Source of the DNA: a virus
Lineage: Duplodnaviria > Caudoviricetes
Reading direction: 5' to 3' (one strand)
Length of the DNA: 64,000 bases
IMG/VR virus record: IMGVR_UViG_3300032038_007781
Span: 62,041 to 126,040 of that record
Below the pieces are notes generated by a model, which saw only the letters and a program-made list of their open reading frames with translations, was not told where the DNA came from and did no database searches. The translations under genes were made by a program, and so were the position numbers. This document shows, one piece after another, positions 19,539-29,629 of the stretch; the first letter of the stretch is position 1, and each line of letters begins with the position of its first letter.

Positions 19539-21422
19539 TTATTTATATCCTGCGAACAACCATAAATAACTTCCCATGTTATTCAAGCCATTATTAGTTC
19601 TTTTTATGGTTCTTTCATTGTAAAATGGTAAACCATTGTTAGGCGTAATAGGTCTTCCTTCTGAAGTCCTTGGCTTATTCATATTCATAGCCCCACCCAT
19701 CATATAAGCATTAAGAATTGATTGGTCTTTATGTTTAGCTTCTTCAAGCCTATTATAGGTATACTTCATGACAAATAAAGCCATTGCTAAAGAGCAAATA
19801 GTATCATCATGTGCCCCATCTTGGTGATTCATTCTACCTGTTTCACCTTCAAAAATCCATGTATCCAATTCATTAGTAACCCTATTAGAGCGTATTTTAA
19901 ACTCATTTGAACGTACCATACCCGCAAAACTTGCAAGTACAGGATATCTATTTCCTTGAAAATGGAAACCAGGTAATCTATCAGAAAAATTCATTGGTTT
20001 ATTTGTTTGATTTTGTACAGTATAAGTTTTCTGATTGGCATCTTCATAATAAAAGTTCTTATATCCTAACTGAATCATCGTAAGAATTAATGCATCACCT
20101 TGGCCACCTGTACAATCGACCACAACATAGGCTTCATTATAAAGTTTAGCATATTGATAAACCATACCACCAATATCATCACCTAATTTTTTGCCTACAT
20201 ATTCACCAACTTGTTCTATGATTGGCATACCATTTTCGTCCCTACCATCCATATCAATTATTTCTATAGCAGTCCTATCGGCTGACACGCCCCTGGAGGG
20301 GTCCGCTCCAATTATATACCTATGCCCATCAATAGGCTTTTTCCAAAACCAAGTATCTTCATTCATAGGGTCTTTAAAATCTTCCAACGGTTCACGAACA
20401 TTAAGGGTGTTTTGCTGTTCAATAAATTCAGGTGCAACAACGTTATTGGCAGAACCTTGGAATGATACATCCAACTCCTGAGCAATTTTCATTGAATCGT
20501 TGTTGAATGATTTGCACATTTCTTCATACCAAGGTGAACGTGGTGTCCAACCTTTTTGAATCATTTCTTCCCAATGTTCCTCATCATATTTTACAGAGCC
20601 TTCTTCATCAACTAAATCTTCAACAAACCACTTTAATTCACCTGTTTCTTCGTTTTTCTTAAACCATTTAAGATTTTTGTTATAACGAGGGTCTTGATAC
20701 CATCTAAACTGTACGGCAGTAAAGTTGTTTTCGTGAGCTAAAGCTTGCTTATATGTGTTGTAATAAAGTTCATCGTGACCATTAGGTGTTGATACCATTA
20801 CAGTCTTTGAATTAGGGTTAGATGCCATACACGCAGCACAAGTAGCATATACAGCTTTACCATTTTCAATAAATCCTGCCTCATCAAGTATCAATATAGA
20901 TACGGCAGAAATACCACGGGCTGCATTTTCACCTGAAGAACGAGCAATTATATGACACCCATTAAATAATTCAAGTTCTGATTTACTATCTTTAACAAAT
21001 ATAGATTTTGTGTTTTTATCAGATTTAGGGTCAGGTGAATAATAATCATCACCCCAATACCAACGAGGAACTTGTGTTAAAAAGTCCCTCATTTTAGTGA
21101 TTAACTGATTGGCAAGGTCAAGTTTGTTACCAACGCAAAGAATTGTTTCAGGAGCATCTTCTGAAGCAAAAACACATTGAGCTGTAGCCCACGCACTGGT
21201 AAGCGTTGTTATACCACACTGACGTGGTTTAATAGAAACAATATTTCTTACTTTTGCCAATGTTTGTAAGAACACTTTCTGCCTTGGAAAGCAATGAAAT
21301 TGCGTTTTCTTTCCTTTAGTGGCATTGAAAGTGCTCAAATATTTTTCAATGAAATAAATTCTTGATTTATCTTGAAATGACTTTATATATTCAGCAGCCA
21401 TTTCATTAGGGTCAATTATCAT
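19539..21422 (-). CDS. terminase large subunit, T4 gp17-like
   Basis: KPRQCGIT (variant Walker A), ILILDEAGF, VSTPNG, IIGADPSRG, HDDTI. Confidence 0.92.
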   Translation of the reverse strand: MIIDPNEMAAEYIKSFQDKSRIYFIEKYLSTFNATKGKKTQFHCFPRQKVFLQTLAKVRNIVSIKPRQCGITTLTSAWATAQCVFASEDAPETILCVGNKLDLANQLITKMRDFLTQVPRWYWGDDYYSPDPKSDKNTKSIFVKDSKSELELFNGCHIIARSSGENAARGISAVSILILDEAGFIENGKAVYATCAACMASNPNSKTVMVSTPNGHDELYYNTYKQALAHENNFTAVQFRWYQDPRYNKNLKWFKKNEETGELKWFVEDLVDEEGSVKYDEEHWEEMIQKGWTPRSPWYEEMCKSFNNDSMKIAQELDVSFQGSANNVVAPEFIEQQNTLNVREPLEDFKDPMNEDTWFWKKPIDGHRYIIGADPSRGVSADRTAIEIIDMDGRDENGMPIIEQVGEYVGKKLGDDIGGMVYQYAKLYNEAYVVVDCTGGQGDALILTMIQLGYKNFYYEDANQKTYTVQNQTNKPMNFSDRLPGFHFQGNRYPVLASFAGMVRSNEFKIRSNRVTNELDTWIFEGETGRMNHQDGAHDDTICSLAMALFVMKYTYNRLEEAKHKDQSILNAYMMGGAMNMNKPRTSEGRPITPNNGLPFYNERTIKRTNNGLNNMGSYLWLFAGYK

Positions 21423-22369
21423 GTTTTCATAATTTCTTCTAGCAATTTATTTTTATCATCAATGACATCATATGAATACTTTTTATCTGAATAATATAAT
21501 AATTTCACACCATTTTGTTTACATAACTTTTTCTTATTTTCATCAAGTTCTTTCCTATGTATAAAATCATCTATCCCACCAAAAAAATCTATAGGGTAAT
21601 AATGCTGTTTGCCTTGACATTCTATAGCAATGTTGTATTCGCTCAAATAAAAATCAATCCTTTGTAAACCCATCCAGCTAAATCTCTTTTGTTCTTCAAA
21701 AGAGATTTTTGATTCTGTTAATAAAGTTCTTATCTCATTTTCTAAAGAAGAAGAATTACATTTAGGACACCCTTGCCCTCTCACATGGTTATCCGCTATT
21801 TGCTCGAAATCACCATGTATAGGACATTTTATTTTTATAACAGATTTTTCATTTCTATATACTACATTAGAATAATCATATTTATCACCATGCTTTTCTT
21901 TGGCATCACTGATGAACTGTTTCAAAGGTTTTACTCTTTTTTTAGCTCTTCTTTCCAAGCCACATTTTTGGCATCCATTCCCAGATAAATGATAATGTGG
22001 TATTTGCTCAAAATCACCATGTATTTTACAAGTTATTGTGACAGGCGTTAAAGCATCCACATATTTAGTTTTTTCATATGAATATTTATCGCCATGCACT
22101 TCTTTGGCTCTTTTTATAAACTCTTCAGTTGTTAATGTTTTATTTACTGAATTTTTTTCTGATGAGCATTTTGGACATCCTTGTCCACAAAGATGTTTGT
22201 TTACAGTTTTATAAAATACACCATGTTTCTTGCAAATAATTGGCATTTTTGTTGTATTACCTGTATATTCTACGTCATCTTTAATGAATAAAGAATAATC
22301 ATAAACATTGTTGAAAATAATGTTAGCTTTTTTTACTATATCGTCTTTTGTTAATTTTTTCATTATCAC
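21419..22369 (-). CDS. zinc-repeat PD-(D/E)xK homing-endonuclease-like protein; stop overlaps the terminase start (ATGA)
   Basis: 3 repeats; QRIDFYLSEYNIAIECQGKQH. Confidence 0.75.
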   Translation of the reverse strand: MIMKKLTKDDIVKKANIIFNNVYDYSLFIKDDVEYTGNTTKMPIICKKHGVFYKTVNKHLCGQGCPKCSSEKNSVNKTLTTEEFIKRAKEVHGDKYSYEKTKYVDALTPVTITCKIHGDFEQIPHYHLSGNGCQKCGLERRAKKRVKPLKQFISDAKEKHGDKYDYSNVVYRNEKSVIKIKCPIHGDFEQIADNHVRGQGCPKCNSSSLENEIRTLLTESKISFEEQKRFSWMGLQRIDFYLSEYNIAIECQGKQHYYPIDFFGGIDDFIHRKELDENKKKLCKQNGVKLLYYSDKKYSYDVIDDKNKLLEEIMKT

Positions 22370-22514
22370 AAATTTACATATTTTAACAAATATATATAAA
22401 AAATATTTTTTTAAAAAAGCATACTAATGATTATTATTCATTTTTTTCTTAACATAGTCAGATTTTGCGTGTGTGTAATTATTTAATCTATCTTTATATT
22501 GAAAATAATTATTT

Positions 22515-23807
22515 TCAACCCATCCAATCATCATTCGTCAAATGATTTTTTAAAGGTGATAAATGATAAGAATCATTATATTCGTTTTCTTGATTTTCTT
22601 CGATGTTGCCTTCTTCTGAAATAGTGTAACTATCTAATTCATCAGCAGTCATATACCCATCGCTGATTAAAGAACTATCTACATTTTTTTGTGATATATT
22701 ATCTAAGAATTCTTGATATTGCATATCATGTTCTATATTTTCTGTAGAACTTAATAAATATCCTTTCCCTTTTTTTGTATTAGCTAATATGTTTTTTGTT
22801 ATATCGAAAAATGCATCTTTTTCTTCAGAGCAATATTGTGCAAAGAAATAAGGAATCATATTTGATAGAATATGATATTTGCCAAACATTTTATTCCACA
22901 ATGGAACACCCAATCTTATATCCCAAGGCTCAGCCATTGCAAAATCCGAACGTTTAATAATTGCTTGCGCTTTATGATTATCTTCAGGTAAGCCATGAGA
23001 AGAAAATAATTCCATAAATCCACGTATTGTCTCCTTTAAAAGATAAGGGAATATTATACCCTGTGATTTGATAACAGTTTTATTATCCCCATGTCCTAAA
23101 TGCACTTCTACATATGATACTAATGTTGGGTTTTTTTTATCTATTTTTTCTTCCTTTACGAAAATTAAGTAATCATTCAGTGTATTAATCTTTGCATATA
23201 AATCAAGTAAATTTTCCAATCCGTGACTTATAAAAAAATCAGCATAATTCTCATCATTTTCTGATTCTATAACAGAATAACCTTGTATCAATGAATTAAT
23301 AAACCTTCTTTGTTTTACAATATCATTAACTTGCGAAATTTCATCTACATCATTAAATGTATATTCATCGCTATCACCGCTATCTTCAGGTATTACCCTT
23401 ATTGATTTTTGTGGCGTGACGTTATCAGTCAATTCACAAGTTAAATTAATCGTTTCCTGAGGTACAGCAAATAATTTATTAACAACATTTTCAACTAACT
23501 TATTTAAATGAGGCCTAATACCTCTTTCAATTGACATTGCTTTTGTTGTCAATTTATATAACAAATTTTCAGCTTCAATATCATCTAAAGGTAATTCAAA
23601 TTCTTTCATATTCTCAATTAATTCAGAATATCTTTGCTTAAGAAGCTTATAATCAAAATCATAATCTGACGAAGGTGGAAAACATGGACTTTCCCCTAAA
23701 GAAGTATTATGAGTTTTAACTGATTTATACACATAATCAGGTAACTTTTCATCCATAAAATTCTTTAGTGACGTTAATTTTTCTTCAGATATTATAATTT
23801 TTTTCAT
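22515..23807 (-). CDS. hypothetical late protein with MKKIIISE leader
   Basis: 430-aa ORF; leader motif. Confidence 0.7.
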   Translation of the reverse strand: MKKIIISEEKLTSLKNFMDEKLPDYVYKSVKTHNTSLGESPCFPPSSDYDFDYKLLKQRYSELIENMKEFELPLDDIEAENLLYKLTTKAMSIERGIRPHLNKLVENVVNKLFAVPQETINLTCELTDNVTPQKSIRVIPEDSGDSDEYTFNDVDEISQVNDIVKQRRFINSLIQGYSVIESENDENYADFFISHGLENLLDLYAKINTLNDYLIFVKEEKIDKKNPTLVSYVEVHLGHGDNKTVIKSQGIIFPYLLKETIRGFMELFSSHGLPEDNHKAQAIIKRSDFAMAEPWDIRLGVPLWNKMFGKYHILSNMIPYFFAQYCSEEKDAFFDITKNILANTKKGKGYLLSSTENIEHDMQYQEFLDNISQKNVDSSLISDGYMTADELDSYTISEEGNIEENQENEYNDSYHLSPLKNHLTNDDWMG

Positions 23808-23808
23808 A

Positions 23809-24252
23809 TTATAATTTTTTTAAAAAATTATCTAATTCTTTTTTAGTAAAATTAATTGATTCACCTAAATTAGTTGATGCGCCTTTCATATGTATTTTAC
23901 CTATTGCAGTACCATTATTTACGGCAGCAGCCAATTGTGGGTTAGATTTAATTGCACTGTCTATTGTTTTAGATGCATCTGAAGCACCGTTAACGTTAAA
24001 ATTAGCGATTGTTGGTGTAACTGATTTATTCTTATCAGCGTAGTTTGATAAATTAACATTAAATGTATTTGCTTCAGGATTGTCAGCCTTAGCAGTATTT
24101 AAATCACTTGAAATATTAGAACTACCTGTTGCTGAAGGCGTTACATTAGCTTCTTTATTTATATTTGCACCATTATTTAAAGAATCTGAATTAAATGTTA
24201 ATTCATCTTCTATAAGTTTAAGTTGTCTTTTTTCAAAAATTATTTTTTTCAT
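23809..24252 (-). CDS. hypothetical late protein with MKKIIFE leader
   Basis: ATATTTAT motif at 24270-24277. Confidence 0.65.
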   Translation of the reverse strand: MKKIIFEKRQLKLIEDELTFNSDSLNNGANINKEANVTPSATGSSNISSDLNTAKADNPEANTFNVNLSNYADKNKSVTPTIANFNVNGASDASKTIDSAIKSNPQLAAAVNNGTAIGKIHMKGASTNLGESINFTKKELDNFLKKL

Positions 24253-24322
24253 ATATGAAACTTTTTAATATAAATATTCTATATAAAGCAAAAAAGGGAA
24301 GCCTATTAGACTTCCCTTATAT

Positions 24323-24856
24323 TTACCTTCCTGCTACAAAAGGATTATTTCTTTTTACTCTTTTATTAGTAATTTTTTTTTCATCACGTTTAGTGCCTTT
24401 AACTCCTTCTCTATCATTCATATCCAAATCTCCAATAATACCATTAACAATTTCATTAACTAACTTATTGTGATATTTCCTTGATTCCATAGGCATTTCT
24501 GGCATAGGTTCTTGACTATATTCTTCGTTGCTGTCGTTTCCATTATCATTTTTGGATTGACTTTTTGCGTATTTTAGAATTGCATTTTTAGTTTCAATAC
24601 TTGCACTATTGAAAATATCATCCAATTCTTGTTGGTCAGAATCTTGTGATTGATTATCAGCACCATCACCCATAGGGTCACTATCATTCATAGGGTCATT
24701 GCCACCTGCAGGTTCATTACCTGCCATAGGGTCAGCACCACCCATAGGGTCATTTCCCATCATAGGGCCAGCACCACCCATAGGTCCACCCATAGGGTCA
24801 GGTGCTGTATACTGTTTTGGTACTTTAATTACATACTTTTCAGTTATCGTATGAAT
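24323..24856 (-). CDS. Pro/Met/Gly-rich ORF, probably the -1 frameshift extension of 24844-26259
   Basis: Frame is open from the slippery site at 24856 (IHTITEKYVIKVPKQYTAPDPMGG...) to the stop at 24323; DPMG repeats. Confidence 0.65.
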   Translation of the reverse strand: MHTITEKYVIKVPKQYTAPDPMGGPMGGAGPMMGNDPMGGADPMAGNEPAGGNDPMNDSDPMGDGADNQSQDSDQQELDDIFNSASIETKNAILKYAKSQSKNDNGNDSNEEYSQEPMPEMPMESRKYHNKLVNEIVNGIIGDLDMNDREGVKGTKRDEKKITNKRVKRNNPFVAGR

Positions 24857-26259
24857 TTTTTTCCCAAATGCCTTTTAATAGATTCTGCAATAGTATTTTC
24901 CATTTCTTCTGGGTCAACTACAAACGGAGCACTGCTGCCAATTTTTTCACCATATGGATTTTCATTATATACGCTTTCATCGTTCATATCATAATATCCA
25001 GGGAATTCTTGCTTTGCAGTCTTAGGCAATTCCATTACTTTCTTCTGATAAGCTGGATGTTTACCAAAATCGTTCAATTTATTCATATTGCCACTTGGGA
25101 CTCTACCTGCATCAGAAAAAGCTTTCATTTTTTCATCTTCATTAACCATCATTCTTCTGAATGCACGTGACTCATATACTTGCACGCCTCTACGGTTACG
25201 AGATTCCATAGGCATTTCATCATCATCAAGGTCATCATCTTCGTCTCCATAAAGGTCATCATCCTCATAATCACTACTATCAACTGTTGGTTCATCACCA
25301 CCTACAGCTGTTAATATTGAATCAACCTTATCAGACAAATCAGCAATTTGGTCTTGCAAATCGTGAATATCAGGGTCAGTTTCGTCTTCATACTCATATT
25401 CAACATCGAATCCATCTTCATCATCAGCCAAGGCGCTATCATCTTCTACATCAGCTTCTCCATCAATGTCATCAATGTCTTCAGTAATATCTTTGCCTTT
25501 AGCATCATCAAAAGGTGCTGAATCACCAATTTCAGTGCCGTGTGATTTATCCAAATATTCGTCAGCAATGTTACCAGAAGCATCTTTACCTGTTGAATGC
25601 CATGCCAATGGTTCAGCAGCTTCATTCATATCTTTCATATCAGAATCTTTTACAGTTTTAAAATCTTTAACTGCATTTTTTGCGTCACCTGTCTGAGGTG
25701 CTTTCTGCTTACCAATATTGTTTTTGCCTTGCGCTTTCACATCAGCTTCACAGCCTTCGCAAGAGCAAGCTTCTTCAGCGATTGGTTTTAAATTCTGCTC
25801 TTTCTTTTCATTGATGCGAGAAGCATTCATCATAATCTGACGTTCACGTGAGATTTCCTTTCTCAACCTTTCAGTTGATTCTACAGTCAATTCTTCCTGT
25901 CTATCAGGGTTCCAAGATTCAACCATAATTTTCTTTTCAGGAGCATTAGCTTCATTGATACTCATCATTTTCAAATCAAACTGCTTCTGAGCTTCAGCAA
26001 AACTTTTGTATTCATTGTCTTTTCTGTTTCTGAATCCACCGATATATTCGAAATTTTCAGCTAATTGTCCTTTTTTGTTTGGTGAAGTCTTAATATAGTA
26101 TTTAGCGCCTTCACGTACAATACCGTATAATTTACCATCAGCACCAACCTTCTGATATTCAACACCAGTGTAAGCAATATTCTTACCTTCATTAATGCCA
26201 AATTTCATAAGGCTTTTCATTCTTGTAAGCTGACTATTTACGTCCTTGCTATTGTTCAT
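24844..26259 (-). CDS. acidic head-core-like protein ending at a slippery sequence
   Basis: QLTRMKSLMKFGINE N-terminus; D/E-rich; many x-x-E-S sites; ATATTTAT at 26301-26308. Confidence 0.7.
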   Translation of the reverse strand: MNNSKDVNSQLTRMKSLMKFGINEGKNIAYTGVEYQKVGADGKLYGIVREGAKYYIKTSPNKKGQLAENFEYIGGFRNRKDNEYKSFAEAQKQFDLKMMSINEANAPEKKIMVESWNPDRQEELTVESTERLRKEISRERQIMMNASRINEKKEQNLKPIAEEACSCEGCEADVKAQGKNNIGKQKAPQTGDAKNAVKDFKTVKDSDMKDMNEAAEPLAWHSTGKDASGNIADEYLDKSHGTEIGDSAPFDDAKGKDITEDIDDIDGEADVEDDSALADDEDGFDVEYEYEDETDPDIHDLQDQIADLSDKVDSILTAVGGDEPTVDSSDYEDDDLYGDEDDDLDDDEMPMESRNRRGVQVYESRAFRRMMVNEDEKMKAFSDAGRVPSGNMNKLNDFGKHPAYQKKVMELPKTAKQEFPGYYDMNDESVYNENPYGEKIGSSAPFVVDPEEMENTIAESIKRHLGKKFIR

Positions 26260-26336
26260 AATTTTAAATTATTAATATATATTAATTTTTTATTTTTTAT
26301 ATAAATATCTTTCTTGTCTAAAAAGTAGTAATTTTT

Positions 26337-29315
26337 TTAGGCAATATCATCAGAAGTACCTTCAATATTATCACGTCCTCTTGTATCATATTCAACATTT
26401 TGTACTACATGTGTAAAAGAACTTAATGGTCTTAGATATATTGCACCTATAGGTTTCAATTTATTAGGGTCATATTGTATGCAATATACATATTCAACAC
26501 CCAAATACGCAGATAAATCTTTATCATATAAAACTTTGTAAAGTTTACCGTTCTCCATGCTTTGCATTATTTCACCTGTTTGTATAATATAATTCCTAAG
26601 TATATCTTTTTGGCGCTTCCATTTTTTAATATATGGATTATGCTCAGAATTACCATCAGCAACTACTTCCTCAAATACATACCCTTTATTTTCATATACG
26701 TTTCTACCCATTGGCTTAATTCCTTTATCATAGAATCTATCTATCTCGCCAATCACATATCTCCAATCAGGGTATACATATTTGACGCCAACATCACCCA
26801 CCTTTTCATTATATACATCCATATATAATTCTTCATCAGAATAAGATGCTATAACTTTTCTAAGGACTTCTTTTTGCTTATAAGTTGGCTCTCTGCCAAT
26901 GTCTATAGAATTAGGCATTATTCTAATGTTACCAAGTTTAATAAATTGGAATTTATCATCAATACCATTTATTCGTGTTACTTCGTTGTGTTCACCTTCA
27001 GTATATATAATGTTACCATCAGATAAAATAAAGCCCCTACAACCTTTAAAATAGTCACCGTGCCTAAATAATTGTAACGCACGATAATTTAATTCATACG
27101 GATTGTTAATATCTATAGGGCTATCTTCATACATTTCGCAAGTTTCAAATCTTCCTGTGTATGAGAAGAAGTCGTATTTATCTATTTCGCCTTTTTGTAT
27201 GAAAGTGTTAAGCATTTTTTCAGCCCAATCTTCACCAAAAATATCTACCAAATCATCCCAATCAACACTATCACCACCACAATATTGATAATATTCATTA
27301 TCATAATATGTTAATTCAAAAGTAGGGAATTCGTTTTTAACATATGCAGCTAAAACTTCATTGCTATTTTCAAGCCCATTTTCTTCAAGATATTCTTTAT
27401 AATCATCTTGGTCAATTGATAATTCCCATTCTATCGCACCTACTTTTGATAAATCTACTGAAGCAGATTCATTTATTATTCTACTTTCGGTGATAGAATT
27501 AAGCTTATCATACAATTTGCTTGAAATGTCCCATAACTTATCAAGATATTCAGTTCTCCTTAATACCTTATATATAATATTATATGGGTCAGTTTCACCT
27601 CCACGCTTTAAACCTAATTTACGCATTGATTTAATCTTATTCAACAATTTGTGTGTCTTCTTACCAATTTTTCTTAGTTGTGCATCATCATTTGTGGAAT
27701 TCATTAAATCAATATAATCATCAATTTTAGTCATTATTTTTGATGATTTAAGTTTAATTTCTTTACTGTCAGGTGCAATGGAATGTATATCATTCGGGTT
27801 AGGCTTTTTTATCCAATTATTGTCTTCCAAATCATACAACCCACCAGATTCAGTTTCAGCATTTATATCTTCTACGTATACTTCAACATTGAAGCCATAA
27901 ATTTTTAACCCTTCATGTTCATTATTCCATTCATTCTTTTTTGAATTGAAATATTCTTGAACAAAATTTGTCCTTTCATCAACTTCAGAAAAATCTACAA
28001 TTATGTGCAAATCAATGTCTGAAAATTTAGACCAATTGTAATTACAAATTGAGCCTGTTAAAATAATGCCTTTTCTTTTAACCCAATTAATGTTAACAGT
28101 TTCCCAAAAATCATCAGCAATATCTAATAGTTTTAGCCTTACTTTAGAATTTAATTTATCACCTTTCCAAATTTTAGGTGCTAAAGTATCTTCTTTTTTA
28201 AAAGAGTCAAGGCTTACCTCATCAGCACTAACTTCTAATTCTTGATTTTCTTCGATATTTTGTTCTACGTGAAAATATTCATTGTTACCACCATCGCCTT
28301 CAGCACCTATATACCCATCAGGTTTAGACTCTTTTATTTGGCAATATTTGCTGTTAAAATATTCTTGAGGTGTATAAAATTCCTTCCCATCCATTCCGTC
28401 TATGCAAATGCTTTTAATAGCATTTGGGTAAATAACGCCACGATACCCTATTTTTGTATATTTAACAGGATTTTCTTTTTTATCAATAACATTTGCTTTA
28501 TGATAATCAGTATAGTCTATGCCATTTTTTTCCATTTGGCTGTTATATACATTATCAAATCTTTCATTTGCGTAAGAATTATATGCATCGTAGTCAAACA
28601 CAAATTTATTTTCATCAAGTTTATCACCATCAAATTCTATAACACAAGGATAAAATTTTTTTTCATTGATTGGCATATCACCAGAAACAATAGAAGCATA
28701 TTCCATTGCAATATCAAAATTTGATGTTATGAACACAGTATCACTATGCTTAATACTCCATCTACTTTTTTCAGGGTTACTTCTTAACCCCTTTTTAAGT
28801 ATTCCTTCTGCAAATCTTAAAGCAGTGCCATGATAAAAAGATTTTGGCTTTTCTATATTTCTATTTATTTGTGAAGTTTTTATTTCTTTAGACCCATAAT
28901 AAACATTTACATAATCTAAGTTAAACATTTTATTTAATGAATAGAGTTCAGTAGAGTTTAAAACATTATATGTGCTATTAGGTGTGATTTCTAAAGTATT
29001 ACCATAGAAACAACCTGTTACAAGTCTTGGGAAATTAGAACCTAATATTTTTGTATATTTTTCAATATCATGATTTTCAATTGCTATATCTAAATCATTT
29101 AAATAATCCTTCAATTCACTCTTATGACTATTTAGCATGTTTTTTAATGATAATGGGTTATCATCTGTGTATATAGCAATATCACCTTTATATAAAGCAA
29201 AATAAAACACACCATTATTTGAACCCATGTCTGAATCTGGATTCAAATTAAGCTCGTTTATTATACTTTCTCTTAATTTTAAAAGCTTATGTTCATTTAA
29301 TATTATTTTTTTCAT
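26337..29315 (-). CDS. 992-aa multidomain late protein: ART/Tpt1-like domain + pol-beta-type nucleotidyltransferase + unknown domains
   Basis: FYHGT...ILKKGL...VFITSNFDIAMEYA; LTGSICNYNWSKFSDIDLH (GS...DxD); MKKIILNE leader. Confidence 0.7.
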   Translation of the reverse strand: MKKIILNEHKLLKLRESIINELNLNPDSDMGSNNGVFYFALYKGDIAIYTDDNPLSLKNMLNSHKSELKDYLNDLDIAIENHDIEKYTKILGSNFPRLVTGCFYGNTLEITPNSTYNVLNSTELYSLNKMFNLDYVNVYYGSKEIKTSQINRNIEKPKSFYHGTALRFAEGILKKGLRSNPEKSRWSIKHSDTVFITSNFDIAMEYASIVSGDMPINEKKFYPCVIEFDGDKLDENKFVFDYDAYNSYANERFDNVYNSQMEKNGIDYTDYHKANVIDKKENPVKYTKIGYRGVIYPNAIKSICIDGMDGKEFYTPQEYFNSKYCQIKESKPDGYIGAEGDGGNNEYFHVEQNIEENQELEVSADEVSLDSFKKEDTLAPKIWKGDKLNSKVRLKLLDIADDFWETVNINWVKRKGIILTGSICNYNWSKFSDIDLHIIVDFSEVDERTNFVQEYFNSKKNEWNNEHEGLKIYGFNVEVYVEDINAETESGGLYDLEDNNWIKKPNPNDIHSIAPDSKEIKLKSSKIMTKIDDYIDLMNSTNDDAQLRKIGKKTHKLLNKIKSMRKLGLKRGGETDPYNIIYKVLRRTEYLDKLWDISSKLYDKLNSITESRIINESASVDLSKVGAIEWELSIDQDDYKEYLEENGLENSNEVLAAYVKNEFPTFELTYYDNEYYQYCGGDSVDWDDLVDIFGEDWAEKMLNTFIQKGEIDKYDFFSYTGRFETCEMYEDSPIDINNPYELNYRALQLFRHGDYFKGCRGFILSDGNIIYTEGEHNEVTRINGIDDKFQFIKLGNIRIMPNSIDIGREPTYKQKEVLRKVIASYSDEELYMDVYNEKVGDVGVKYVYPDWRYVIGEIDRFYDKGIKPMGRNVYENKGYVFEEVVADGNSEHNPYIKKWKRQKDILRNYIIQTGEIMQSMENGKLYKVLYDKDLSAYLGVEYVYCIQYDPNKLKPIGAIYLRPLSSFTHVVQNVEYDTRGRDNIEGTSDDIA

Positions 29316-29324
29316 TATAATATT

Positions 29325-29582
29325 TTAGTTTTGCGTTTTTCTATCGTTTACAGTTTCATCATCATTAATCAATTTAACATTTTGGTTTTTATTGAAATTA
29401 CATAAAGGGGCTACTAATTCTGCTTCTTTTAGACCTTCTTCGGAAGCAAATGATTCAGCTTCAGTGTATTTAATCCCATCTTTATTCTTTATACCGTCAT
29501 AACTGGTATTACATTGAACTGCCAACGGAACAAACTGTTCTGACAAATCATAACCATAAGAATCATATCCTTTATCTATCAT
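29325..29582 (-). CDS. hypothetical protein
   Basis: 85-aa ORF downstream of a palindromic late motif. Confidence 0.55.
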   Translation of the reverse strand: MIDKGYDSYGYDLSEQFVPLAVQCNTSYDGIKNKDGIKYTEAESFASEEGLKEAELVAPLCNFNKNQNVKLINDDETVNDRKTQN

Positions 29583-29610
29583 ATAATCGTTTTTTTTCTT
29601 TTTAATTAGT

Positions 29611-29626
29611 TATTTATTAATAAATA
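29611..29626. promoter_or_regulatory. palindromic back-to-back putative late promoter
   Basis: TATTTATTAATAAATA, perfect palindrome between divergent genes. Confidence 0.5.
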
Positions 29627-29629
29627 TTA

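Noticed and set aside
7801-21422. Introns or inteins in the capsid, portal or terminase genes
   Set aside because: Each is a continuous ORF with its motifs in order; the endonucleases are intergenic; no intein-like C...HN boundaries noticed
22424-22534. 36-aa minus-strand ORF (MMIGWVENNYFQ...) overlapping the end of 22515-23807, possible frameshift tail
   Set aside because: No convincing slippery site or recognisable motif; could be chance
24640-24800. GACCCTATG repeats as a DNA repeat element
   Set aside because: Explained by DPMG protein repeats within the coding frame
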